DNA from: Coleofasciculus sp. B1-GNL1-01
GTDB taxonomy: Bacteria; Cyanobacteriota; Cyanobacteriia; Cyanobacteriales; Coleofasciculaceae
Direction: 5' to 3' (one strand)
Length of the DNA: 64,000 bases
NCBI GenBank assembly: GCA_040220235.1
Contig: JAVJTO010000026.1
This document shows, one piece after another, positions 40,396 through 50,809 of the stretch. How positions within the stretch are numbered: the stretch's first letter is position 1; every line of letters begins with the position of its first letter. The notes beneath the pieces are model-generated. The model did not search any database. It was not told where the DNA came from and saw nothing but the letters and a program-made list of their open reading frames with translations. Made by a program: the position numbers and the translations under genes.

Positions 40396-40585
40396 AAGGA
40401 GAAGGATTAATACCATTTTTCTGTAATCGTGCAACGAATAAACCCCCCGGCTATCGCCGTCCCCCCTTACCAAGGGGGGACTACAGGGGGGTCTTTATAA
40501 AGTACAGCATCATAGAGAATTTGTATGAGGCGATCGCTTGATAGACAAGTCGTGCAATTTGTTATTCCTATTCGGCTTTTTAACG

Positions 40586-42525
40586 CTATTGAGCATTCCC
40601 AATTAAAATAAAGGGTGACCAATAGAAGGGATGACGATCAACCTGTTGAAGTTTTGCCTGACGCAGGGCTTCACCTTTACTCATCCCTTGGTTGAGATTT
40701 TGATAAAATTGGGTCATAATTTCGGAGGTTGTTTCATCCTCAGCATTCCACAAACTTGCCATGACTGCTTTAGCACCTGCCCGTTCAAATAAGTAGGCAA
40801 TACCTGCAATTTCTCGCCCGTCTGATTCTTCTCGCAAGGCTGTTTGACAGGCGCTGAGGACAAGAAGTTCTGTATTTTTCATGCCTAATCGCGCAGCATT
40901 GGCGATGTTGAATGGTTCATCGGCAAATAGGAGGGTATTGGGTTCCATATCGATACGACGCACACCATTACAGTCTTCTTTTTCTCCTAGACAACAACCC
41001 TCAAATTCAAAACAGCCGTGAGTGGCAAGGTGGATAACTGGAAAGCGAGAAGCGTGGTATTTGAATCTTTCGACAGTGGCGTCATTACCCAGATAGATTT
41101 CACTTCCAGGGAGGAGGTTGGGCAGATTTTTGATTTCAGCTTCTGCACCGGGTAAATTATAAGGTTCTTCTGGGATGGGATTCCCTAATCCTAACGCCCC
41201 ACGCTGTAAAGATGGAGAATTTCCGGTGTCTGCCAATTGCAGGGAATTGACACTTAAGCGAGTGAAATAATTGATCGGATAGTCTTCAATTAAGAATTTG
41301 CCTGTGTCTCGGTTGTAGAGGGTTTCAAAGGGAATATAGCGTAGTTTACCTGTGGCGATGATGGCAATTTGCGTCGGAGATAATGTCTGGATTTGGTCTT
41401 CAATGGGACGAATTAATAAGTCGTAGAGTTCGCTACCCCTGTCGCGGAAGCCTGTGGCATAACGGTCTTGCAATATCTCTCGGTAGTCAGTGATTAGGGT
41501 ATCTAGTTGATCCGGATCGACGGGAACTTTTTTGACCGTGATGGGTTGGTCTTTCGTCAGGATAAAAATAGCGATATTGTTGGGAACGTTGTTTATATTA
41601 GTCAGCAGGACGGGCTGAATAACGACTGTACGATCAGGAATACTGGCTTGGAGTTTTTCAAGATCATCAGGCGTGGTTTCTAGAAGTTCAGCGATTTCAG
41701 GATACTGGCGCGAGAGGTCTTCCGCTTCTTGGTTAACTTGTGCCTCAAATTCCCGAAATTGGCGAGAGCGTTCCTCAGAAAAGTTGGCTTGTAATTGCTG
41801 GCGGAGGAATTCTAATTGCTGATTTTTTTGATTCCACTGGTCTAGAGAGTTTTGGGCTTGGGGATTACTCACTTGGGCATCAATGAGGCGGGTGTAATCA
41901 GCGAGTTCGGCTGTGCTGTAAAGGTTAATCCATTCAAAAGCTTGTTTGGGTTGATTTTGGTCAATCAAGAGATTCGTGAGAGCAATTACACTACCTGGCT
42001 CATTTCCTAAAAATGACGGTCGATTTCCTCGCTGTAAACCCTGACGCATTTCTAGGGTAATGGTCACAGCTTGGTTCAAGTATTTTAATGCCTTTTGCGG
42101 TTGTCCAATGGCACGGTAGACCGCACCAATATTACTGAGAGTAGCGGCAACACCTGTGCGATCGCCTACTTCCCGGCGAATGGGTAAAGCTTGGTTATAG
42201 TAGTCTAATGCCTTCTGCGGTTGTCCAATAGCATGGTAGACCAAGCCAATATTATTGAGAGTCGCAGCTTTACCTGCGCGATTACCCACTTCCCGAAGAA
42301 TGGGTAAAGCTTGGTTATAGTAGTCTAATGCCTTCTGCGGTTGTCCGATGGCATCATAGAGCGCACCAATATTACTGAGAGTAGTGGCAACACCTGTGCG
42401 ATCGCCCACTTCCTGGCGAATGGGTAAAGCTTGGTTCAAGTATTTTAATGCCTTCTGCGGTTTTCCGATAGCATAGTAGACAGCACCAATATTATTGAGA
42501 GTAGTGGCAACACCTGTGCGATCGC
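40586..42525 (-). pseudogene. 5'-truncated TPR + CHAT (caspase-like) domain gene
   Basis: 120-bp TPR repeats (~42069-42525); IHLATHG and VLSACQT CHAT dyad; begins mid-repeat at a HIP1 site. Confidence 0.75.
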
Positions 42526-43073
42526 CTCTCCTCAATTACGCCAGACAACACCCCAATGCATGGCTATCCCAAGGGATACAATCCTTGGTTAACTTTAGTT
42601 CAACTCAGTTTAATTCGCTGCAATTTTTAGGCTCTCTCACTGTCGAAATTGTGATTGTATTATGGGCATTAACCGCACTATTTTGGTTAGCCCAATGGCA
42701 AGCCGATACCGATGCTTGGTTAGATGCGGTTAACGAAACCTCGACCCTACCGATTATCACCGTAGTTGCCCCAGACAACACCGTGTCCCTGGGACGCAAA
42801 CTGGACAATCCCTTAGTCAATCCGTCCGGTTTCCGGATTATCGGCGATCAAGATTTATATCAACGACTTCTGGGTAAAGAACTCACCGATACCAGCAATC
42901 CCGAAACCCCAAGAGTCTGGCGTTTACTCATTGATCGCGACGGTTATTTTTACATCTTTCCAGCTTTGCCCGATAAACGCGATCGCGCGTTAAGTCCACC
43001 TGTTGTGATGATGTATGAAAGTGACGGAGGCGATCAACTAATGATTCTCAGTCCTCCAACCTCCCGGAATTAA
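42526..43073 (+). pseudogene. 3' fragment of a hypothetical membrane protein gene
   Basis: Open frame with a TM segment that starts at the HIP1 junction; the listed TTG start lies inside the antisense TPR repeat. Confidence 0.5.
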
Positions 43074-43210
43074 TTTGTTTGTCCAAAGTCCAAAAAGTTA
43101 GATGTAGGAGCGGGTTTAGGGAATCAATCCAGCTAGTCACCGATAATGGAACAACAAAACCCGCCCATTCCGCCATCGCCAGACAATCAATTAATTGCAA
43201 ATTGGACAAC

Positions 43211-43527
43211 AAAACCCACCGGATTGTTACCCGCGATCGCACCTTGAAAATGTCGGGGTGAAAGGTGGAGTCGGGCGGGTTTTGTCGAAAGATGAGGGGT
43301 GACTCCATTAATTTTGTCCCTAAACCCGCCCCTACATTGGATTTTCTGTGCCGATATCAGATTTTCCTATGAACCTGAAACCCGATAATAAAACCCACCT
43401 GATTGCTAAGCGCGATCGCACTCACAAATGTCGGGGTGAAAGGGTGGAGTCGGGCGGGTTTTGTAGAAAGATGAGGGGTGACTCCATTAATTTTATCCCT
43501 AAACCCGCCCCTACATTGGATTTTCTG
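43211..43527. repeat. About 180-bp direct duplication containing HIP1 and a GGGCGGGTTT...AAACCCGCCCCTAC REP doublet
   Basis: 43211-43348 is nearly identical to 43390-43527. The same REP family occurs at ~14459-14522, 28675-28757, 33271-33334, 55300-55361, 59967-60053 and 61007-61171. Confidence 0.85.
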
Positions 43528-43543
43528 CCGCCACTCTAATTCT

Positions 43544-43663
43544 TCATTCCTCCTCAAGAGGCGTATCCCGTAGAATACTGTCAATGTCTCGCATCCCTGG
43601 CAGAATCCGCAGAATTTCTAGGCGATTCTCCTGGACAGCAAGGGAAAGAAAAACTAACTGCAT
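43544..43663 (-). pseudogene. Internally deleted RelE/ParE-family toxin remnant
   Basis: Coupled start MQLV..., then in another frame AVQENRLEILRILPGMRDIDSIL, resembling the ParE C-terminus. Confidence 0.65.
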
Positions 43664-43926
43664 GGGGCGGGTTTTTCATCCTCCATTCCCCAGGAAGAAA
43701 GCCAAGCTTCCACATCATCACCCTCAACCCACTTAGCTTGTGGACTATCAGCAAGGGTAACAGCTTCTTCAATCATCTGAATTTGCCAGCTTTGCTGCTC
43801 CACATATAAAGCAATTGCCTCCGCCGCCAGCCAGGATTTGCTGCGTTTTGTACTCAAAGCTAGGGCATTGAGTTTTGCCTTAACCTCTGGTGTTAATCGG
43901 ACGGTGACAACTTCAGTTTGAGACAT
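43654..43926 (-). CDS. CopG/RHH antitoxin
   Basis: VVTVRL...KLNALA...RSKSWLAAEAIALYV...VEAWLSSWG. Confidence 0.88.
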   Translation of the reverse strand: MSQTEVVTVRLTPEVKAKLNALALSTKRSKSWLAAEAIALYVEQQSWQIQMIEEAVTLADSPQAKWVEGDDVEAWLSSWGMEDEKPAPCS

Positions 43927-44173
43927 ACATTGCCTTGTTTATTGACCAGTTTAATCTAAGTGTATACTATGTATACAATCGCATCAAACCGTGTTGAGCT
44001 TGAACCCAGTCCTTCCTGCATGACGGCTAATAGAGATACAAGAGTACACCCGTTGTCCATTGATGGGACAGTACAAGCGCCACATTGACCATGTTATCCC
44101 CGTAATGCTATAAGAAATTTTGTTGATTAGTCAGCGCTTCAGCTTAAAGCGCTAAAGCGCAAACTACAAACTC

Positions 44174-45883
44174 TTAAGCCTGGGAACGGGTGAACTGGTC
44201 TCCCTTTTCCTCATAGCTGAAGCCTTGTTTTTCACGAACGATCGCTAAACCCTCTTGCAGTGCTGTCAAGCGATCGCCCATCCAGTGATGTCCGGGAATT
44301 AAACCAGCAATCCCCAATTTTTCTAACCGACTTTTTATCTTCCCGGTTGCGCCAACAACAATCACCTCTCGTCCTTCATCGATCGCCTCTTGAATCGCAT
44401 TTTCGATCGCCAAGGATGACGTTACACCCAGGATAGGAACTTCACCTAAATCGACAATCAAAACATCATAATTGGCAATAGCGTTGTGTTCTCTGGAAAT
44501 GGCTTTGGCTACACCAAAAATCATCGGTCCACTCAGATGGAACAGTAAAACTCGCCCATTCGCCACATCTAAAATGTACTTTTCTTCGTCAGTGAGAACA
44601 ATCTGATCATCCGCATCAGTAATCGCTTTAACTGCATTTGATTGTAGTTTTGATAGGTTTTCGATGGTTAATATATTCGCGATAAATACGCCAACGGCTA
44701 CAGCGATCATTAAATCCACAAACACCGTTAGCAGTACCACACCATAGACAATCCCCGCTGCTTTCCAAGAGATTTTGTGAACCCGCTTGAGAAAGCCCCA
44801 ATCAATGATATTCATCCCAACTTTTAAAACAATTCCAGCTAAGACAGCCAGGGGAATAGCAGAGGTTAAAGGAGCCGCCCACAACACCACGATAAACAGC
44901 ACTAAAGCCCGACAAATACCCGATAACGCCGTGCGTCCACCTGCTTGGATATTCACCACCGTCGCTGTTGTTGCTCCAGACCCGGCGATCCCACCACATA
45001 GACCCGTAATTAAATTAGCAACACCTTGACCAACTAACTCTTTGTTGGACTTGCACTCTTGTCGAGTTAGACTTTCGGACACGAGACAGGTTAACAGGCA
45101 ATCGATAGAACCTACTGTCGCCAACACAATTGCATTAACGAACATTAACCGCGCATTTCCGGGTGTAAAAGCAGGCATTTGTAGCTCAGGTAAACCCGGT
45201 GTAATTTCTCCAATCGTGCCAATTGTGCGAATCTCAACACCACTAAAGAAAATCAGCGAAATGGCTGTCCCAATCACTAAAGCCACCAATTGAGGCGGCA
45301 TCACTTTTTTAAATTGGGACGGGTACAAGAACAGAATCGCTAAAGTGATGGCTCCTAAAATCGTTTCCCAAGGATCGATATTCGTGATTAAAGTAGGCAG
45401 ATTTTGGATTACACCAAAGACACCCCCAGACGGAGTTTCTTGTCCCAAGAAAGGAGCCAGTTGCAGAAAAATAAGAATCACGCCAATTCCGGTCATAAAT
45501 CCGGAAATGACGTTATAGGGCAACATGGTAATATATCGCCCCAATCGTAATACCCCAAAGATAATTTGAAAGACTCCTGCCATCATCACCACAGTAAATG
45601 CCAGGGCGAGATAATTGTCCGGATTATTCGCTTGAAGTCCAGCAATTACAGCGGTTAAAATAACCGTCATTGGACCGGTTGGTTCAGAGATAAGGCTCGG
45701 TGTACCGCCAAATAAAGCGGCAAAAAATCCAACTAATATTGCCCCCCACAACCCCGCCGCCGCACCAGCACCTGAAGCGATTCCAAAGGCTAGTGCCATG
45801 GGTAAGGCAACAACAGCCGCCGTCAACCCGCCAAAAATATCTCCTTTGAGGTTACGAACGTGAATTTGATTGGTTATTTGCAT
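44174..45883 (-). CDS. bicA: SulP-family bicarbonate transporter (BicA-like)
   Basis: GDIFGGLTAAVVALPMALAFG, ISEPTGPM, C-terminal STAS LSGPMIFGVAKAI. Confidence 0.8.
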   Translation of the reverse strand: MQITNQIHVRNLKGDIFGGLTAAVVALPMALAFGIASGAGAAAGLWGAILVGFFAALFGGTPSLISEPTGPMTVILTAVIAGLQANNPDNYLALAFTVVMMAGVFQIIFGVLRLGRYITMLPYNVISGFMTGIGVILIFLQLAPFLGQETPSGGVFGVIQNLPTLITNIDPWETILGAITLAILFLYPSQFKKVMPPQLVALVIGTAISLIFFSGVEIRTIGTIGEITPGLPELQMPAFTPGNARLMFVNAIVLATVGSIDCLLTCLVSESLTRQECKSNKELVGQGVANLITGLCGGIAGSGATTATVVNIQAGGRTALSGICRALVLFIVVLWAAPLTSAIPLAVLAGIVLKVGMNIIDWGFLKRVHKISWKAAGIVYGVVLLTVFVDLMIAVAVGVFIANILTIENLSKLQSNAVKAITDADDQIVLTDEEKYILDVANGRVLLFHLSGPMIFGVAKAISREHNAIANYDVLIVDLGEVPILGVTSSLAIENAIQEAIDEGREVIVVGATGKIKSRLEKLGIAGLIPGHHWMGDRLTALQEGLAIVREKQGFSYEEKGDQFTRSQA

Positions 45884-46005
45884 GAAATAGTTTTCTCGAT
45901 TAACAAATTACTGTTACCCAGAGGAATAACTTATAAGTCAAAAATTACTGATGTACTAGCATCTGTAGGGACATACCCTATCCCCACCCGAAGCCAGGTT
46001 GATGC

Positions 46006-46021
46006 ATAAGTCCTCATCTAT
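46006..46021 (-). promoter_or_regulatory. Possible NdhR/CcmR (LysR) site upstream of the bicA-like gene
   Basis: Minus strand ATAG-N8-TTAT, one mismatch from ATAG-N8-CTAT; short and AT-rich, so weak. Confidence 0.3.
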
Positions 46022-46203
46022 TGTTAGTGAATACCCACAAGGAAACTTATGATTTCCATAGAGTATATCATGGTCATTTTACAATTTGCAATAAAATATA
46101 ACGGTATACAGACAGATCCCCGACTTCTCCAAGAAGTCGGGGATCTTGCTTAGAGACTGTACCTCATCAACCACCAAATCTGCTGTATGTCCAAAACCCT
46201 AGA

Positions 46204-48666
46204 CTATTCGGGCTTACTCACTCGCTTTAACAGCACCGCTTGAGAATCGGCTAACTCAAAGCAGCGTAAATCTGCCAAGCGATCGCCACTATCTAAACCC
46301 GGAGACGCGATCGCGACTTGCCATTCGTTCATGTCCAATTGCAGCCAGTCTCCCACGGTAACTGTCATTGGTTCTCCTCCCATGTGTGCGACTATGGCGA
46401 TTTGTTGATCATGATCATCAGGATTACTGCGAACCCCGTAATATACCGTCCGTTCCTCATCACTGATTTTATTGAATCGATCAATTCCAGCTAAATTGTG
46501 ACCTAACCAGGGATGAGCATGGCGGAAACGACGCAAGCTAAGGTTATACTCTGTTCTCGCTGCATCAAGCTTGTCCTCATAGTGAGAGACATTACACAGC
46601 TCATAACAGTCTTCCATGAACATCAACGCGAATGACTTGAGCTTTTCAATAGTCAACCCTTTCAAGAAACTCACCATTTCTGGCTTATTCAACTTTTTCA
46701 GCTGTTCAATATCACACTGATCCGTATTGTCTCCCAAACAGAACTGGCAAGCCTGGACCACTTCGGCGAGATTGTAGTCCTTTTCAGTCATGGCAACTTG
46801 CAGCGCCCTGCCAAACTCCCGCAATTCCTCTAGCTGACTAAATCCCAAGGACTTCAACCGACTGAAACTTTCCGGTGCGTCATAGAGTTCGGGCGTCACT
46901 TGCCAATCCAAGAAGCCAATTTCCTCAGAAACCACCTTGACCCCATAGCGTTCATCGGTATTGCGGAAAAACATCCACGGGGCGTGCATTGTCGCATTGA
47001 TAAAGTCCATGGGCAATCCGGGACTGAACCCATACACCCACAGCGTCACCGCCGGGTTATCATAAGCATTATTTAACACCTCTGGCAGCGTACTGCCTAA
47101 ATTCCAATTAATCTGGGCATCTAGCGGAATTTGATTACCTCGGCGCACGGTATCATGATTACCACAACCCGTGATCCAATGATCTCCTTCAAAGATTACC
47201 TCACAAACCCGTCGCCATTTGCGATCCCAAAACTTTTCCAAGGCTGGGGTGTTATGGGCAAAAATCAAGGGTCCCCATTGGAACGATTCCGGTTTCAGGT
47301 TAATTAATTCTCGGTACGTCGAGATCTCTTCCCACCCTTCTGCGGGCCACGGACGACCATCTTCAAAAATGGTGAATAAGAGTCGTTGATGCCCTTCAAT
47401 ATCCTGAACCACATCACTCATCGCCAGTAGATAGGCATCATCATATTCCACCAGTCCAGACAGAGGATTAAAGAAGCGGAAATCTTGACCCCCATCAATA
47501 CGCACCCCATCAGCGCCCGTGTTAATTTTACGCCGCTGCATTTCCAAAAACATCGCCCGTACCGTCGGTAACTGATGGTTCAAGTCTTGACCGTACATAT
47601 TCGGACCTTTGAGGAACTGGCGATGCAGGAGTAACTCCGATTGGTTATCTGCATGACCATACACCAGGTCATAGATAATTTGAATTGGACCGGTGGGAAA
47701 ATTATGCAGGGTAGCGATAAAGTCTACCAATTCATCAGGACGCAAGCTACCCAAAAGCGCTGCATTTGTAGCACTCGATCCCAAAATTGGCACGTCATAA
47801 CCCCAATCCTGGGTATGGGGTTTAGTCAGTTTAATTTGCAGATCATCTCCCTCTTCAGCCGTACAGACAAAAAATTCACTTTCTGGACTGTATTCGTCTC
47901 GGTACTCAATCGTGGGTTCTATGGGTAATAGCTGAACCGAGTCGTACCCCACATAGTTTTCTTCGGCTGGGGTTAAGGGGAGATTTCCAGCTAATTTACT
48001 GGCAATTTGGCGATAAATACGGGTTAATCCCTCAACCGTTCCCTCTTGAGAGGCGGTGCCAATATGAAGCTGTAAAATGTTCCGGGGGGCTGGCACACGC
48101 GGAAGCGTTAGGGGATCGGATCGGACACTGGTGGTTTTGAAATAGTCCAGATCGGCTCGTTGTTTCTGTAAGCTTGCCATATCATACAGTTCCGCCGGTC
48201 CAAACACCCCATAAGGCATGGAATAGGGAATCGTATCCCGAATCGCTTGTAGGTTCCCTTGCTGATCGACAAAGCGCAGCCAGTAGAACGATCCCATCTG
48301 CTCACGGTTCCCGGGGCGCATCCCAGCGATGACACCCCAATGGTATTCCCCTTCTTGTTTTAAGAATAAGCGATCGCGACGAAAGGAGACGGTTTGCTCA
48401 ACCGCCCGACAATCAATCGGCTCAAGGGGGGTTAAGACTTCCAGATAGATTTCCATCTTCCGCATCACCTGCGCCAACAACCGAGGTGTCCAGAAGCCAA
48501 TTTCGGTTAACCCATCAGCACGGTAATGCGCCCCCAAGCGTCCGGCTATGGCTTGAGCTTTTTCAAAATAGGTGGCGTCTGAATGCTCAATGGTAGCTGC
48601 CCAATCTACTAGTTCTTGCGTGGCATCTTCCACCAATTGAATGGACGGTTTAGTATCAACTTTCAC
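46204..48666 (-). CDS. gghA: Glucosylglycerol hydrolase
   Basis: LGAHYRADGLTEIGFWTP N-terminus; GH13-like QLLPIEP, WGYD, DGVRIDG, NHD; resembles the Synechocystis Slr1670 family from memory. Confidence 0.82.
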   Translation of the reverse strand: MKVDTKPSIQLVEDATQELVDWAATIEHSDATYFEKAQAIAGRLGAHYRADGLTEIGFWTPRLLAQVMRKMEIYLEVLTPLEPIDCRAVEQTVSFRRDRLFLKQEGEYHWGVIAGMRPGNREQMGSFYWLRFVDQQGNLQAIRDTIPYSMPYGVFGPAELYDMASLQKQRADLDYFKTTSVRSDPLTLPRVPAPRNILQLHIGTASQEGTVEGLTRIYRQIASKLAGNLPLTPAEENYVGYDSVQLLPIEPTIEYRDEYSPESEFFVCTAEEGDDLQIKLTKPHTQDWGYDVPILGSSATNAALLGSLRPDELVDFIATLHNFPTGPIQIIYDLVYGHADNQSELLLHRQFLKGPNMYGQDLNHQLPTVRAMFLEMQRRKINTGADGVRIDGGQDFRFFNPLSGLVEYDDAYLLAMSDVVQDIEGHQRLLFTIFEDGRPWPAEGWEEISTYRELINLKPESFQWGPLIFAHNTPALEKFWDRKWRRVCEVIFEGDHWITGCGNHDTVRRGNQIPLDAQINWNLGSTLPEVLNNAYDNPAVTLWVYGFSPGLPMDFINATMHAPWMFFRNTDERYGVKVVSEEIGFLDWQVTPELYDAPESFSRLKSLGFSQLEELREFGRALQVAMTEKDYNLAEVVQACQFCLGDNTDQCDIEQLKKLNKPEMVSFLKGLTIEKLKSFALMFMEDCYELCNVSHYEDKLDAARTEYNLSLRRFRHAHPWLGHNLAGIDRFNKISDEERTVYYGVRSNPDDHDQQIAIVAHMGGEPMTVTVGDWLQLDMNEWQVAIASPGLDSGDRLADLRCFELADSQAVLLKRVSKPE

Positions 48667-48863
48667 AGTAACTTAATCTCCCAACCATTACCCAACTGCT
48701 GTACGGGTGACTAAATCCTGACATTTGGGATCGGTTTACCTGTACGGCAATTCCCGTCAAGTTTAACAGTCCTACAGCTTCTCTGAGAGTAAAACACGTT
48801 TCTAGTTGCTCCCAACACTCTGAAGGATGAAATCCAATTAGGTGGGAAAATTAAAGTTAACGG

Positions 48864-48933
48864 CGTCATTCGTCATTCGTCATTCGTCATTCGTCATTCG
48901 TCATTCGTCATTCGTCATTTGTCATTCGTCATT
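48864..48933. repeat. Heptamer short tandem repeat (CGTCATT)n, STRR-type
   Basis: About 10 copies; inverse array at ~53873-53912. Confidence 0.9.
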
Positions 48934-48977
48934 TGCTCCCCCATCTCCCCCAGCTTCCCCATCTTCCCCAACACCCA

Positions 48978-49721
48978 TCAGGGTATAACTCTAATACAGC
49001 CGCGACAAATTAATTGTCCTGGGGTTAGAGTGAGTTCTTCGAGATCAACCTCTGAGCCTAAATCAATCGTGAAATGTTCTAACGTGATCGGGGGCTGTTG
49101 AGCGTTAATGTGAATCTGGAGGGGGTGGAGTTGCAGTTGTTGAGGTGTTGCCAGTTGAATGCCCGCATCAACCACAATGGAGGTTTCTCTCGTCGGATGG
49201 TGGATCAGTGTTCCTTTGAGAGTTAGTCGCTCCCCATCAATAGTAATCTGCTGCCAGTTCATTTTAGACTCACCTAGGGGTGGATACTGATCCGGTCGAT
49301 TATAAGATTTAATAAATGTATTCAGTAAATCCGTTAAAGCATTTGATAATAAAGGAGCGCCCAGAGAGGCTTGCAGGTCGCTCTCTCGCAGGATGAGTTG
49401 ACCCGTAACTGGGACAGGTTCTAGGAGTTGTAAGGGTTTGCCTTTAAACACCTGAGTGAGATTGAAGCGAATATTTGTACCATCTAGCTGGATTTGCGAC
49501 AGGTGCAGTCCTTGATAGATAGCCCGACAAGCCGCAATCGACACCGTAGGAATGTGTCCTCGCAGAATTTGCCGATCGCGACCCATCAGCTTAAACTGTA
49601 GTGTTTCTACGGCATCCACTTGCGATCGCAGCCATAATTGCACGGCGGGGGATACCACTGTGCTAATCATCCGGCTGCCTTTGTCTGTCCCAGCTTTTGA
49701 TTTATTAACGCCCATTGCCAC
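48978..49721 (-). CDS. DUF2993 (LmeA-like) protein
   Basis: PAVQLWLRSQV, AIYQGLHL, GKPLQLLEP, DLGSEVDLEEL. Confidence 0.75.
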   Translation of the reverse strand: MAMGVNKSKAGTDKGSRMISTVVSPAVQLWLRSQVDAVETLQFKLMGRDRQILRGHIPTVSIAACRAIYQGLHLSQIQLDGTNIRFNLTQVFKGKPLQLLEPVPVTGQLILRESDLQASLGAPLLSNALTDLLNTFIKSYNRPDQYPPLGESKMNWQQITIDGERLTLKGTLIHHPTRETSIVVDAGIQLATPQQLQLHPLQIHINAQQPPITLEHFTIDLGSEVDLEELTLTPGQLICRGCIRVIP

Positions 49722-49999
49722 AATTTCGGGTCAATCCTGTATTCTGACACAACGGGGATAGTCTCCGAGCAAGGCAATGAGCAGGTCAAAAAACCAAACG
49801 CTTGCAATTCTCCGCATTCTTGTAATATTTGTACATGGTCTATTCTGGTCAGGGCTAGAAGTGGACTGATTCTCTCCAGCTACCTTAAAAAGCCGGAGAG
49901 GTTTAACCAAACTCCTGCTGGATACTATAAGGATGGAGATCAACTTGGAACCAGCACGATCTGGGTCGAGACGAACTAGCTTACACAGGTAGTCAAGCC

Positions 50000-50767
50000 A
50001 TGGAGGAAAGAGTACAAAAAATTATTTCACAGTGGGGTATCGCCTCACGGCGTCAAGCTGAGAAAATGATCGTAGCCGGACAAGTTCGGCTAAATGGCAC
50101 TGTGGTGCAGCTAGGGCAAAAAGCGAATCCGGAAACGGATTTGATTGAAGTTAATGGCCAACGGCTCAAACCCAGTAATCGTCCTCAGGCAATTTATCTG
50201 TTGCTCAATAAACCCGTGGGTGTAGTCTCTACTTGTCGGAATTATCGGGTGTGTAATACCATTCTTGAGGAGCGTCGTACAGTTCTTGATTTACTGCCAA
50301 GCACGATTAGACAAGGTCAGGGTATCCATCCGGTGGGACGGTTGGACATGGAATCTACAGGAGCGTTAATTCTGACAAATGACGGAACACTGACCTATAA
50401 ACTTACCCATCCTCGCCATCACGTTCCCAAGACGTATCGGGTTTGGGTCAAGGGTCGTCCTTCTGAATCAATTCTCTCGGCTTGGCGTCAGGGTGTGGAC
50501 TTGTCGGGTAGAACCACTTTACCTGCTCAAGTTCGAGTCCTCAAGCAGCAACCCGATAAAACACTTTTAGAAATTGTCTTGACAGAAGGGAGAAACCGCC
50601 AAATTCGTCGAGTTGCTGACCTGCTAGGCTATCCAGTAATCCATCTGCACCGCACGGCAATTGGTCCGATTCAATTACAACGACCAGGTGAACCGATACT
50701 GCTCAGTGGTCACTACCGTTATCTTGAAGAATTTGAAATCCGCTTCCTCCACAACCGAGTTCACTAA
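50000..50767 (+). CDS. S4-domain rRNA pseudouridine synthase (RluB/RsuA family)
   Basis: ERVQKIISQWGIASRR, LLNKP, GRLD, EGRNRQIRR. Confidence 0.9.
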   Translation: MEERVQKIISQWGIASRRQAEKMIVAGQVRLNGTVVQLGQKANPETDLIEVNGQRLKPSNRPQAIYLLLNKPVGVVSTCRNYRVCNTILEERRTVLDLLPSTIRQGQGIHPVGRLDMESTGALILTNDGTLTYKLTHPRHHVPKTYRVWVKGRPSESILSAWRQGVDLSGRTTLPAQVRVLKQQPDKTLLEIVLTEGRNRQIRRVADLLGYPVIHLHRTAIGPIQLQRPGEPILLSGHYRYLEEFEIRFLHNRVH

Positions 50768-50809
50768 CCCTTACGAAAACGTGCCAGCAGATATCAAGGA
50801 GTACCGTGT

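Noticed and set aside
43048..43584. Several 60-86 aa ORFs
   Set aside because: They lie within the 180-bp REP duplication
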